Positions 25,567-35,623 of a stretch of DNA of 44,686 bases are shown piece by piece. Origin of the DNA: a virus. Lineage: Duplodnaviria > Caudoviricetes. How positions within the stretch are numbered: position 1 is the first letter of the stretch; each line of letters begins with the position of its first letter. Under the pieces are notes generated by a model. The model was given only the letters and a program-made list of their open reading frames with translations. It was not told where the DNA came from and made no database searches. Both the position numbers and the translations under genes were made by a program. The stretch is from positions 1 to 44,686 of the IMG/VR virus record IMGVR_UViG_3300032233_000392; one strand, written 5' to 3'.

Positions 25567-27176
25567 GCGGGCATAAACTTATTAGAGTTAACAGCAGGGG
25601 CTTGCCTCTTTTTGCCCGTCCGTGCTTTACGAATTTTATCCATCATGGAGTATAGCTTCTTAGCACCAGCATCTGTAGAGCCGTTGCCTAAATGAGACAC
25701 TACATCAGCCGGTACAACAAACTCACCATCAGCTAATCTAGCCGGTTGTTTGCCACTTATAGTTGCTGGAATAGAATCAGACATGCCATCGCCGGGGCCT
25801 TTAAGCATACGACCACCGTCTGAATAACCACCCAAATGTGAAGACATAACGCCACCACGGGCGGCATCGGTAGTATCAGGAGTAGCTCCGCTAACATCAC
25901 CTAAACCTTTGATTCTAGCTTTGGGTTCCGCAGCCAATTTAATACCCGCAGCTTTAGCAGCTTTGGCAAGACGAATACGGGATGCGTTCCAAGCGTCTTC
26001 TTTTGAAGTAGCAATATCTTGATCATGGAATATGCCAGTTCTTGGAACTCCTACAGATTCTGGCAGTGGGGCTAAAACTCTATCCCCTGCGTAATACCGA
26101 GCTATACCACCCGAAGCCATGTTACGCTGCGCAATATTTCCTGTCATTGGATCAGTTGCCATTGAATACTGAGAAGTACCCATCATGGATTGGGAAGGAT
26201 TAGCAAAGTTAGTAGTTGGTCTACCCTGCATATCAGTAGGGCCACCCATAGCCATACCCATTAACCCACCTTCAGCTGCATACACTGGGTAATTAGGTGC
26301 GGGATACGGGTTAGGGCGAACAGGTTCAGATGCTTGAAAATTATTACCTAGTCTAATACCCGCTAAGCGTTTATCGTACTCATCTGGTTCTTTAGGCCCC
26401 GGTGCTTTAAACGGTTCAGGTTCTAACATAGGACTAGTAGCAGCTAAAGTTTTAGTAGCTGCACCAAACCCACCACCAAGACCAGTTTCTTTTACGCCAG
26501 TAGTTTTGTCTGCGGCAGTTCCTACAAAATCTTTCCAACCCTGTGCGCTATCTAATTTACCAAAACCTTTTGAGAATTGTTCCCATGGTGAAGAAGTGGG
26601 GGCGGTAAATTGTTTTCCCAATTCAGCTATGGGCGCAGGTGCTTGTGTTCCCGGTGGTAAAGGGGCAGGTGCTTGTACAGGTGCTTGTACAACTGTTCCA
26701 GCAGGGGGAGGGGGAGGTACTGCCGCAACTTCAGTAGCAATAGGGGCACCAGTAACAGCAGGAGGAGGTAATACCCCAGCATTAGCAACCGTATTAGCTT
26801 CACTAGCTAAAGTACTAGCCCCAGAACTCATCAAGCCGCCAGCTAGCCCTGCGCCACCGTAAGCACTAAGCCCAGCCATAAGACCTTCTTTAAGACTACC
26901 CTTAGCTAAACCTACACCACCGCCAACCAGACCTGCAGCCATTACTGCATTTACCCCGGGGATCATCATTAAAGCGCCACCGGCAAGCATAGGCAAAATC
27001 TTACTAAGAAAACCAGCTTCTACAAGTCCGGTATGCGGATTAATTGTTAGTGAGCCACCGTGAGCTAGGGCAAGGCTTTGAAGTCCTTTTATTTCACCCT
27101 TGGTCATGTGAACAAGTTCGGTATCTGGGCCTCGACCGTATGAAGCTAGATGTTTTGCGGCGACGTAGTTGCTCAT
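25563..27176 (-). CDS. Internal virion protein with membrane-like Gly-rich segment and C-terminal tape-measure-type GPGDG..SDSIPA..GEFV domain
   Basis: GRGPDTELVH..TINPHTGL.E N-domain; hydrophobic aa ~56-116; YSDGG..GPGDGMSDSIPA..LADGEFVVPA. Confidence 0.65.
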   Translation of the reverse strand: MSNYVAAKHLASYGRGPDTELVHMTKGEIKGLQSLALAHGGSLTINPHTGLVEAGFLSKILPMLAGGALMMIPGVNAVMAAGLVGGGVGLAKGSLKEGLMAGLSAYGGAGLAGGLMSSGASTLASEANTVANAGVLPPPAVTGAPIATEVAAVPPPPPAGTVVQAPVQAPAPLPPGTQAPAPIAELGKQFTAPTSSPWEQFSKGFGKLDSAQGWKDFVGTAADKTTGVKETGLGGGFGAATKTLAATSPMLEPEPFKAPGPKEPDEYDKRLAGIRLGNNFQASEPVRPNPYPAPNYPVYAAEGGLMGMAMGGPTDMQGRPTTNFANPSQSMMGTSQYSMATDPMTGNIAQRNMASGGIARYYAGDRVLAPLPESVGVPRTGIFHDQDIATSKEDAWNASRIRLAKAAKAAGIKLAAEPKARIKGLGDVSGATPDTTDAARGGVMSSHLGGYSDGGRMLKGPGDGMSDSIPATISGKQPARLADGEFVVPADVVSHLGNGSTDAGAKKLYSMMDKIRKARTGKKRQAPAVNSNKFMPA

Positions 27177-27204
27177 ATGAGCCTCACTAATTTAATTAAA
27201 GTTA

Positions 27205-27233
27205 AGTTTATCATCAATTTAGCGCTGAAACAA
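27205..27233 (-). promoter_or_regulatory. Putative promoter for the ejection-protein genes
   Basis: Minus strand TTGTTT, 17-nt spacer, TGn-TAAACT; SD GAGG before ATG 27176. Confidence 0.45.
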
Positions 27234-27861
27234 AGGACATTGTAGCTACTACCGATGCAGTGGATGGTTTAGTAGGAGTGCCTGATGCAGCGTAAGTTTC
27301 TATTGTTACACTAGCATTAGTTGTAGACCAATAAATTTCAATGTAGTCATTGGGTTGCATACTTACAAAATAGTTCCACCCTTTAATATCATGGAATGGA
27401 ACCCCCGCACTTTTCCTTGCTGGCATACCAACTTTACCTGTAGAACCAACAATATCTGTCCCGTTTTGCTTAAGCCAAATAAATACATCTTGCGGCGCGT
27501 TGTCTAAGTTTTGAAGCTGTGCGCTAAACTGTAAGTTATATATTCCGGGTTTTGCTACAGTCATCTTAGAACTGCTAATAGTTACACCATTAGTAAAATC
27601 TGTGGTGTCTAACGTCATTAGTGTAGCTGTATTGGCAGTAGTTGTTTGGCTTGCAAAACTAGAAAATGCGCCGTATGGGTTATTTAAGAACGCCCCACCT
27701 TGCCCAGACAATATTGACCCCATGTTATCAAGCTGGTTGAAGTACAAGCGTAATACGTTTAATAGCTGGTCTATATAGTCTTGAGCGTAGTTTACAGGCC
27801 CAATGGGAAGATTAGGTGCTTTTGGCGGTAGTAACGGGCCTGTTTTTAACGGTGTGACCAT
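27214..27861 (-). CDS. Tail-associated structural protein (beta-sandwich C-terminus)
   Basis: Follows nozzle gene; PYGAF..GIYNLQFSAQ..DYIEIYW resembles a C1q/BclA-type domain. Confidence 0.55.
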   Translation of the reverse strand: MVTPLKTGPLLPPKAPNLPIGPVNYAQDYIDQLLNVLRLYFNQLDNMGSILSGQGGAFLNNPYGAFSSFASQTTTANTATLMTLDTTDFTNGVTISSSKMTVAKPGIYNLQFSAQLQNLDNAPQDVFIWLKQNGTDIVGSTGKVGMPARKSAGVPFHDIKGWNYFVSMQPNDYIEIYWSTTNASVTIETYAASGTPTKPSTASVVATMSFVSALN

Positions 27862-29954
27862 TAACGTCTGCCATCCGGTCTAATATCAATACGAGGCGCA
27901 CCTAGCTGCCAAGCTACCCCTACATCAGCAGACTCAATCCTAAATGCCATCTGCCGACCACGAATACGTGTGTACACCTGCCCCGTAAACTCTTGCACGT
28001 TATAGAAGTTCTGGGTATTGCTATATACGTTTGAACTCTGCACCGTAGGACTATCAGCTGCGCCATATGCAGTACCTGAGTTCTGTCTTGGCTTTACAGT
28101 CATTGTTACAGAAGGTGCATTAACATTAGACCCGTTAAAGTTTATATCCGGCAAAATACGCCATACAAACCCAAAGTTATGCCCGTCACCAATATCAAAG
28201 TCTGAAGATTGTATATACGCATCTATTGGTATAGTAGCCGTAGTAGCATTATCATCTACACCTTTTTCATGATACAGCAGTCTATTGTTGTAATCGGCGG
28301 CAAGTGGGTAAGGTTGTAAACTAGTATCTAGCCAAGCAGTTCTACTCATAGACCCGTAGTACCACACTTGGTCTAAGTAATTAAAGATAACGTACTTATC
28401 TATGGTTGTATTGTTTACAGTGTCATTGCTAACGTAGAACCACCAAACCTCGTTGTAACCCTCGTTAGAACCAGCAAATATTTGATAGTTTTGATCTAAG
28501 TTAACGTCTTGAAAAATGTACTGACGAATGGTGCAAGGCAGTGTCTCTACTCGACCGGAGTACATATAGAACTTATCCCGACCCATCCAGTAAGTTACGT
28601 TATTAACCGTGACCATTGCATTAGGCGACATGATAGACAAGTTGTCCATCAAGATTTGAAAGCCCCAAACATACGGTGCACCTAAGTATTGCATTGAATA
28701 CAGAGCAGTATCAGTCCAGATCAAAATCTCTTGGCGGGTTGAACGCGCACCAATAATCTGCGAACCATTAGATAGTACAAACTCGCCTGATTGGTTAGTA
28801 ATATCGGGCACCCATTGATACTCGTCTGCTTGGTCAGACCACCGCACAAGTAACGGATTAAATGTTGTATTTGGTGTTGCTACTTGATACGGGTTTGACC
28901 CCATGCAAATAACAAACTGTTGAATAGGCGCACTTAAAACTTGATAAACATTGTTGGGAACAAAAGTGCCATCTTTACCAGCTGCCGTAGCTAAAGTATC
29001 TAACGGCTGCGCTCTTGTACCTGTACCACTAGAAGCTAACCAATAATAAATAGCACCAGTACGGGGAGCAATTAATAAGTTTTGTCCGTAGTTATCGTTA
29101 GACCAAAGACGTAATTGGCTACTTAATACTGAAGAATAACCAGACCCCCATGAACCACGACCCCAAGTACCTGTACCCCAACCTGTACCAAATGTAGCTA
29201 CGTTTGTACCCGTGGGAATTTGATAGGCAACAGTAATAGTACCGCCAGTAGCACTTACTTGAGAAGTGGCAAAAGTAGCCGCAGTAATTGTATAAGTAGT
29301 AGCAGATGGAACGCCAGTAACAACATACTCACCTGATAGAGTAATACCACCAAAAGCAGAACCACCTGTAATAGTTAAGTAATCACCAGCAAACGGGTTG
29401 TAAGCTACGTCAGTTATGGTTACGGTGTATGCTCCTACATTAGTCCCGGATGTATGCGAAGCGGCAGTTGTGCTGTTTACCCCACGAACTAGCCCAGTTA
29501 AGGTATTAGTGCTTACGCCTGTGTAAGAAATATCTTCAGAATCAATCCGTATAATCCCGCCTGTTGTTGGAAAAGCTGCTGCAGAAGTTAGCGTTAATGT
29601 GGTAGCCGCAGCCGTTATGGTAGCGCTTAGGGTGTTAAAAGACGTAGCACATTTATTAACTAAAGTGCTGGTTGTAATAATAGGTGTTATGTCGTAATAA
29701 CTACCATTTTGAATATAGTATTTAAGGTTAGTTCCAACACCTATAAAATTATTACCAGATAAATCTACCCAAGCCCACAAAGCACGGGCCGTACCTAAAT
29801 ATTGAGCTGAATTTTGTTGTGCCCAGCCTCCAATTTTTTCAGGGTAACCAGAACGAAAACGAACTTTATCGCAGTCATACCAGCCACCCTCGTTAGAGTA
29901 GTTAGTACTTTCTCGATTAATTCCCGGCTTAAATTGTAGTTTTTGGATTGGCAT
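27861..29954 (-). CDS. Tail nozzle / tubular protein B (P22 gp10-like)
   Basis: FKPGIN..GGW..CDKVRFR, VRWSDQ, YWMG, EVWWFY, RIRGRQ, terminal PDGRR; beta-propeller-like. Confidence 0.7.
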   Translation of the reverse strand: MPIQKLQFKPGINRESTNYSNEGGWYDCDKVRFRSGYPEKIGGWAQQNSAQYLGTARALWAWVDLSGNNFIGVGTNLKYYIQNGSYYDITPIITTSTLVNKCATSFNTLSATITAAATTLTLTSAAAFPTTGGIIRIDSEDISYTGVSTNTLTGLVRGVNSTTAASHTSGTNVGAYTVTITDVAYNPFAGDYLTITGGSAFGGITLSGEYVVTGVPSATTYTITAATFATSQVSATGGTITVAYQIPTGTNVATFGTGWGTGTWGRGSWGSGYSSVLSSQLRLWSNDNYGQNLLIAPRTGAIYYWLASSGTGTRAQPLDTLATAAGKDGTFVPNNVYQVLSAPIQQFVICMGSNPYQVATPNTTFNPLLVRWSDQADEYQWVPDITNQSGEFVLSNGSQIIGARSTRQEILIWTDTALYSMQYLGAPYVWGFQILMDNLSIMSPNAMVTVNNVTYWMGRDKFYMYSGRVETLPCTIRQYIFQDVNLDQNYQIFAGSNEGYNEVWWFYVSNDTVNNTTIDKYVIFNYLDQVWYYGSMSRTAWLDTSLQPYPLAADYNNRLLYHEKGVDDNATTATIPIDAYIQSSDFDIGDGHNFGFVWRILPDINFNGSNVNAPSVTMTVKPRQNSGTAYGAADSPTVQSSNVYSNTQNFYNVQEFTGQVYTRIRGRQMAFRIESADVGVAWQLGAPRIDIRPDGRR

Positions 29955-29956
29955 AA

Positions 29957-30493
29957 TTAGGCAACCATAGTAGTAGCTTTAGCTTCAACATCTGCAACAC
30001 GCTTTAACCAACCCTTACCATACGTAACAAATGTAGGCAATGATCTATAGAAATCTTCTTTGGCTTTACTAAACTTAGGTAACAATTCTAGCGGCGGCAC
30101 AGAGTTAATTGCCCGCATTGTAGCTGGCCCCATAGCACCATCGGCTACTGCACCTACAGCTTTTTGTAGCAATTTCACGGACGCGCGTGGCCCAGCGTTA
30201 ATAGCAAAGTCAAACGCCGCGTAGTCAGTTCCCGCAGGTAATTGATCCCCACACACTGCATCCCAATAGTTCTTCTTATACAAAGGCTTAACATCTTCTT
30301 TCTTTAGAGCCTTCATGTCATCCTGCGTGACCTTCTTGCCAATATGTGCTTCCCAGTTAGCCTGAGTGCAGCCCCACATCGTGCAACCTTTACGCCCATC
30401 GGGTAACTTATTGCCCGGATCGCGCTCGTCATTAGTAAACCCACCCTCGTGAGCAATTACTAACTCAAATGCTTTATCCCAATTTTCTTTCAT
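29957..30493 (-). CDS. Endolysin, glycoside hydrolase family 108 with peptidoglycan-binding domain
   Basis: HEGGF..D..DPG, Y...YWD, FDFAINAG, DG.MGP.T, YGKGWLKR. Confidence 0.92.
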   Translation of the reverse strand: MKENWDKAFELVIAHEGGFTNDERDPGNKLPDGRKGCTMWGCTQANWEAHIGKKVTQDDMKALKKEDVKPLYKKNYWDAVCGDQLPAGTDYAAFDFAINAGPRASVKLLQKAVGAVADGAMGPATMRAINSVPPLELLPKFSKAKEDFYRSLPTFVTYGKGWLKRVADVEAKATTMVA

Positions 30494-30900
30494 TGCTTGC
30501 CCTTCATATCAATGATTTTCTCTAGTGTGCGCCCGCCAAAATAGAACGACATAATGAGCATACCCCACTGCCCTAGCAATTCTACGTAACGCTCGTTGGT
30601 GTCTAAATCAAACGCACTCATCATGGCGAATATAAAATAGCCTGTAATGATGGCAATCAACGTCATCGGGCGTATGTTTTTACTAAGCCAAGAGTCTGAA
30701 CCCATGTCAGCCTTGAGACGGTCTGTAAGATTGTTTTGCTCAAGTTCGTATAGCTTGGTGTCATTAGCCATCTTCTGCAAGTCACCGTTCTGCGCCATCT
30801 GAGCAAGTTCTAGTTGCGCCTTAGCCTTAGCTTCTGGATCGGGAATGAGCTTGTCTATTAGTTTGCCACCAATGCCGAGTATTGCGTCTAATCCAAACAT
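30490..30900 (-). CDS. Holin-like membrane protein (GTA holin 3TM family)
   Basis: LIDKLIPDP, WLSKNIRP, two hydrophobic segments, FYFGGRTLEK; adjacent to endolysin. Confidence 0.8.
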   Translation of the reverse strand: MFGLDAILGIGGKLIDKLIPDPEAKAKAQLELAQMAQNGDLQKMANDTKLYELEQNNLTDRLKADMGSDSWLSKNIRPMTLIAIITGYFIFAMMSAFDLDTNERYVELLGQWGMLIMSFYFGGRTLEKIIDMKGKQ

Positions 30901-30901
30901 A

Positions 30902-31177
30902 TCATTTGCCTTCTAAAAATTCATCCAGTAAAGCTCGAAATTCTAAACTATCTGCAGTACCTAAAACTGCCGCTTCATTTTCTTTAATCAACATTAACTG
31001 AGACTTGTTACATCCCGCACCGTTCTTTTTAAGCCAATCTAATGTAAGTCTATACCGCTGCTCTGGGTTGTGAGTAGCTAATGCTAAGTATTTGAAAGTT
31101 GCTAAACTACACTTGTTATCCGCCCAAGCAATGAACAGGCAACAAGTTGTTATGGGTATGATTAAAAGCCACTTCAT
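30902..31177 (-). CDS. Small exported two-Cys helical protein (antiholin RI-like candidate)
   Basis: Signal peptide ending AWA-D; two Cys in the mature part; inside lysis cassette. Confidence 0.55.
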   Translation of the reverse strand: MKWLLIIPITTCCLFIAWADNKCSLATFKYLALATHNPEQRYRLTLDWLKKNGAGCNKSQLMLIKENEAAVLGTADSLEFRALLDEFLEGK

Positions 31178-31836
31178 TTCGCCAATTCAGTTGATGCTAG
31201 ATTAATACGTGTTTTGACTGCCGTTAGGTCTTGCGGTTCCTTCTTGAATCCAACTGCTATGTATCCTGCAAACTCACCCACTGGAGGCGGTATCGAACCG
31301 CGACACACAAAGTTTACGCCCTGCTTAGATTCCCACTCACTAGACCTACCCGCTATCACTAATTTATTACAAGCTACTTCACCCGCAAGCATTTGAATCA
31401 CACTATTATTACGATCAGGATCACCGCCAAACAAACTAGAAACCAGCCCATCAAGACTCCTATCTATACCTTTTTCATTTAATGCAAACATCGTTACTCT
31501 ACTGTTAGTCACCAAGTTCACTTTGTGAACCACCACTGTTGCTGCTTCTAGGTCTTTTTGCATGAATTCTGCTATAGGAATCATGCTGTCGCGTTCTTTA
31601 AGTTGAGGTAGTTTATCATGGCTAGTTATGGTATTTAATATTACCTGCCGCGAATCCCAAGCAAAATAACCCAGCCCAAACAACGTAACCAATATCACCA
31701 CTTCCAGCAACTTAAACGGCGTATCAACCCATTTTATCAGGTCAATCGCTTTATCTATATAGCTAGACTCGGTCTTAATAACCGACTTAGGTTTACGTGG
31801 TGCGCGGGGCGTAGGCGCTTTTGCTTTGGTAACCAT
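31174..31836 (-). CDS. Single-pass membrane protein with periplasmic GAF-like domain (T4 holin T-like candidate)
   Basis: 220 aa, basic N-terminus, one TM at aa ~43-60, two Cys, FAGYIAVGF strand then a terminal helix. Confidence 0.55.
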   Translation of the reverse strand: MVTKAKAPTPRAPRKPKSVIKTESSYIDKAIDLIKWVDTPFKLLEVVILVTLFGLGYFAWDSRQVILNTITSHDKLPQLKERDSMIPIAEFMQKDLEAATVVVHKVNLVTNSRVTMFALNEKGIDRSLDGLVSSLFGGDPDRNNSVIQMLAGEVACNKLVIAGRSSEWESKQGVNFVCRGSIPPPVGEFAGYIAVGFKKEPQDLTAVKTRINLASTELAK

Positions 31837-31837
31837 A

Positions 31838-33712
31838 TTAACGTGTCACGTATGCTTGAATTATAAAAGTACCACTTACTGAGTTATTGCCAATATACAA
31901 ATAAATTGAAGCCGCGTTTCTAGGTACTGGAACAAACGAACCAGAACCATCTTGCATACCAGAACCGCCATCACCGCCATGATTCACGTTTGTCCCAGAG
32001 ACATTAATTGTTGCTAACGTAGTTGGTGTGCTATCTTGAATTTGCGCATACGCATATCCGCCATTATTACTCCCGCCAAAAACTTCAGCCCAGATATAAA
32101 CGCCTAAACAATTAGCTGGTAACGTATATGTATCGCCGCTGTTATAAGTTAAATTAACGTAAGTCACGTTCCAAAAATTTGCTACCGCAGTGTTAGCGTA
32201 AGCAGTTGTTGCTATCTTAGTTGAATTATCCCCAGCCGATTGAGTTGTACCTACAGCCCCACTAGCTACCGTAGTTGATACCGTTGCCGCAGTTGTAGCG
32301 TTAGTTGCATTGCCCGCAGTTAAACTTGCCGCAGTACCCGTAATGTTAGTACCAACCAATGCACTGGGGGTTCCTAACGCTGGAGTAACAAGTGTTGGCG
32401 AAGTGCTAAGAACTACATTTCCAGAACCAGTAGACGAGGTCACACCCGTACCGCCATTAGCAACGGGCAGTGTTCCAGTAACGCCAGTAGTTAAAGGTAA
32501 ACCCGTGGCATTAGTTAATGTACCGGATGCAGGTGTTCCAAGGATAGGGGTAACAAGTGTTGGCGAAGTGCTAAGAACTACGTTTCCAGAACCCGTAGAT
32601 GTGGTTACACCTGTTCCACCGTTAGCGACAGGTAGAGTGCCTGTAACACCAGTAGTCAAAGGTAAGCCCGTGGCATTAGTCAAAGTTGCAGAAGTGGGTG
32701 TGCCGAGAATAGGAGTAACAAGCGTAGGACTTGTGGCTAAGACATTAGCACCGGAACCAGTAGAAGTTGTAACCCCAGTTCCGCCATTAGCAACGGGCAA
32801 AGTGCCTGTAACTTGTGTAGTAAGGTTTACTGTTCCAGTTATTCCTGAAGCTGGGTAGCCCGTACAGTTAGCTAAATTACCAGAAGTAGGTGTTCCAAGA
32901 AGGGGGGTAACAAGAGTAGGGGATGTGCTAAGAACTACTGATCCAGTACCAGTAGAAGCAGTAACCCCAGTACCACCATTAGCAACAGGTAAGGTCCCAG
33001 TAACACCGGTAGTCAATGGCAGACCTGTGGCATTGGTTAAAGTTGCAGATGTAGGCGTACCCAAAATAGGAGTAACAAGGGTAGGTGAAGTACTTAATAC
33101 GTTATTGCCAGAACCCGTTACAGCAGTGGCACCCGTGCCACCTTGGGCTACAGCTAAAGTCCCAGTAATATTAGCAGCGGTTAAACTCGCCGCAGTACCA
33201 GTAAGCCCAGTGCCGGGACCTGTAAACTGCGTAGAAGCGGTTATTGTGGTGCCAGTAATAGCACCGGTAGTAATAGTTCCTCCAGACACAATACTTTGAG
33301 CATACTGTACATAGTTAAGCGGAACCATTGCAGTGCCAGTGCAATACATAAAAACCGTGTAGCCATTAGGGATAGAAAACGAAGAACCGCCTGACGGTTT
33401 TACGTACGCTGTATAGCTACTGTTTAAGCTATTGGTAAACGCATACAACTTTTGCACTGCGGGAACTATCACATTGTAGGTAGCGTTTTGATTACCTGTA
33501 ATGATAACTACAGCGTTTCTAGCTTCATCCGACGCACCGTTTAAATTGGTAAGCGTGTAGTCTGCGTTAACCATTACAATCGTAGTTTGACCCACAATGG
33601 CCTGTTCAACTAGAGTTCCAAAATTGGCGTTGGTAGTTTGACCCCAAGTACCTGTTTGGTCGCCATCCCCAATTAGGGTTAGTTTTAATGAGGTTGAATA
33701 TGTCGATGCCAT
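31838..33712 (-). CDS. Tail fibre / spike with [11 protein letters not shown] repeats
   Basis: MASTYS..GTWG.TTN.N N-terminus; 55/64-aa repeats; KIATTAY; distinct C-terminal head. Confidence 0.8.
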   Translation of the reverse strand: MASTYSTSLKLTLIGDGDQTGTWGQTTNANFGTLVEQAIVGQTTIVMVNADYTLTNLNGASDEARNAVVIITGNQNATYNVIVPAVQKLYAFTNSLNSSYTAYVKPSGGSSFSIPNGYTVFMYCTGTAMVPLNYVQYAQSIVSGGTITTGAITGTTITASTQFTGPGTGLTGTAASLTAANITGTLAVAQGGTGATAVTGSGNNVLSTSPTLVTPILGTPTSATLTNATGLPLTTGVTGTLPVANGGTGVTASTGTGSVVLSTSPTLVTPLLGTPTSGNLANCTGYPASGITGTVNLTTQVTGTLPVANGGTGVTTSTGSGANVLATSPTLVTPILGTPTSATLTNATGLPLTTGVTGTLPVANGGTGVTTSTGSGNVVLSTSPTLVTPILGTPASGTLTNATGLPLTTGVTGTLPVANGGTGVTSSTGSGNVVLSTSPTLVTPALGTPSALVGTNITGTAASLTAGNATNATTAATVSTTVASGAVGTTQSAGDNSTKIATTAYANTAVANFWNVTYVNLTYNSGDTYTLPANCLGVYIWAEVFGGSNNGGYAYAQIQDSTPTTLATINVSGTNVNHGGDGGSGMQDGSGSFVPVPRNAASIYLYIGNNSVSGTFIIQAYVTR

Positions 33713-33720
33713 AATTTATC

Positions 33721-34620
33721 CTATTGGGAATTATTTATTTGGACCCACGTTGTGGAATTAACATTGCTAACTTGAGTCCATCCTAAACCATCTGAATTAT
33801 TTACTTGTGTCCAAGTCACTGTTTGGTCATCGTTTATTGTAAACCAGCCACGTACAAATTGGGAGTCCAAAATCGTAAAAGCTTCAACAATACTATTAAG
33901 GAAATTAGATTGCTGAATACTTAAATCGTTCATTGTTATAGCTTCAGCAACCGATTGAACAAACTGGGCGGTTATTGTCTGTGCATTAGCTACTGTCGTT
34001 GCTTCAGTAATACTTAAATAAAACTCAAGAATAGCGGTTTGAACGCTGGTAACAGTAATAGCTTCTGATAAAGATTGAACAAACTGGGCGGTAATAGCTT
34101 CAACAGATGCAGGGTTTAAGTTTTCAACGGCGCTAACAACAAACTGTGCAGTAATTGTACGTACATCGTCCACCGTAATAGGCTCCGTGGTAGTTTGCAC
34201 AAAAGCCGATTGTTGGGTATTTGAGTCACCTAAAGTTATATTTTCAGTGTTGGTTAGTAGTACCGCCGTAAAAACAACTTGAGAATCCGCTACTGTTATG
34301 GCTTCGGTATCACTTACGGCAAATTGAGCAGTAAAGGTTTGTGCATCTGCCATTGTAATAGGTTCGGCTATAGTCTGTAAAAATGCAGACGCTTGGGTGC
34401 TAGAGTCCTCCATAGTAATGGCTTCAGTCACACTACCATAAAGATTTATCTGCTGCGCGTCTCCGCTATTCATTACTATATCTTCAGTAATGGCGTTTGA
34501 AAACGTAGAAAGCTGGGTGCTAGAGTCCGCTAACCTTATATCTTCCGAAACAGAAAGCACAAATAAACTGGGCGGCAAAGCCGCAAACGGTGCCTGTGAG
34601 AACCCAGCGTAGCCAAACAT
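33721..34620 (-). CDS. Repetitive virion structural protein (~19-20-aa period)
   Basis: MFG..FS.APFA N-terminus; repeated E.IT..D....TAQF; C-terminal W[TV]Q[VI] triplet. Confidence 0.65.
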   Translation of the reverse strand: MFGYAGFSQAPFAALPPSLFVLSVSEDIRLADSSTQLSTFSNAITEDIVMNSGDAQQINLYGSVTEAITMEDSSTQASAFLQTIAEPITMADAQTFTAQFAVSDTEAITVADSQVVFTAVLLTNTENITLGDSNTQQSAFVQTTTEPITVDDVRTITAQFVVSAVENLNPASVEAITAQFVQSLSEAITVTSVQTAILEFYLSITEATTVANAQTITAQFVQSVAEAITMNDLSIQQSNFLNSIVEAFTILDSQFVRGWFTINDDQTVTWTQVNNSDGLGWTQVSNVNSTTWVQINNSQ

Positions 34621-35165
34621 TATCTAAACCTTGGGCCGTTAACCCACATTGTTGCACTGCAACGTAAACCAGAAGTAATAGGCACTACCCTATGTTCTAG
34701 GATAGACGGAAAGGCAATAATAGTTCCTTTCTCTAATGGCGCTTTAAACGTGCTTCTCATACGTATTTCAAAATCTCCACCTTCAAATTCAGCCGGATCA
34801 TTCAATAAACAAACTACGGTAATCTTTCTATCGTAATCTTTGCCCGATAAAGGGAAAAAATCTGTATGCCAGTTGTAATGTTGTTTAGACCCATACTCAG
34901 CGTATTGCACAGCTTCGTGGTCTTCTAAATGATAGCCCCACTTACATTCACGATTAGCTAAAGAAACAAAGTTAAACATCTGTAACCCAAACCAATGATC
35001 TTTGTTAATGAAACTAACCGTTGTATCTCTATGTTCTTTGTCTAAAGTATTGCCGTCTATATCCATAGAAGCGGCTTTTTTATCATAGACTTTAAATTCC
35101 TCGTGCGCTTTAAGCACTTGGTCAGGAGGAACTTGACTGATATACCATAGAGGAAGGTGCGCCAT
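34620..35165 (-). CDS. 2OG-Fe(II) oxygenase, prolyl-hydroxylase / PKHD type
   Basis: Y.WHTD, RKIT, FEGGDF, FPS...HRV.P...G.R. Confidence 0.9.
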   Translation of the reverse strand: MAHLPLWYISQVPPDQVLKAHEEFKVYDKKAASMDIDGNTLDKEHRDTTVSFINKDHWFGLQMFNFVSLANRECKWGYHLEDHEAVQYAEYGSKQHYNWHTDFFPLSGKDYDRKITVVCLLNDPAEFEGGDFEIRMRSTFKAPLEKGTIIAFPSILEHRVVPITSGLRCSATMWVNGPRFR

Positions 35166-35176
35166 ACATTGTCTTT

Positions 35177-35587
35177 TTAAATTGTAATATTTCTTAATTC
35201 TTCTAATGTGTTTGCTGTTTCAACTAAATTTGTGATATTTCTTAGTCTTGCTTTTTCTGCAACAATAGAAGTTGTATCGGAGTTTGATTCTAACGCTCTT
35301 TGAAACAACACATCTTGTATTGCAAATAAAGGTTTGCGCTCTGCGCGCAGTCGGTTTTTAGTGATTTCTTTTGCTTTAGCAAAGTTTACTGTGATAGATG
35401 TATCATCCATCTCCCAAGCATTAAAAAAATCTCTATAGCCATTAGGTAGATCATCAAATTCTATAATACGCGCCCCTGCCCCACTAGGCACATCTTTTGC
35501 CATAACTTCTTCTATAGAAATTTCACCGCTGGGGGAGCATACTGATACCCCATTATTTTCATTTTTAAAAATAATTATTTTAGCCAT
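35177..35587 (-). CDS. Tail fibre assembly chaperone-like protein
   Basis: KDVP..FFNAWE..LRAER..D..K.RLRNIT; directly after the fibre gene. Confidence 0.65.
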   Translation of the reverse strand: MAKIIIFKNENNGVSVCSPSGEISIEEVMAKDVPSGAGARIIEFDDLPNGYRDFFNAWEMDDTSITVNFAKAKEITKNRLRAERKPLFAIQDVLFQRALESNSDTTSIVAEKARLRNITNLVETANTLEELRNITI

Positions 35588-35623
35588 ATATTCTTTCTAA
35601 TATTAAAAATAAACTAATAAATT

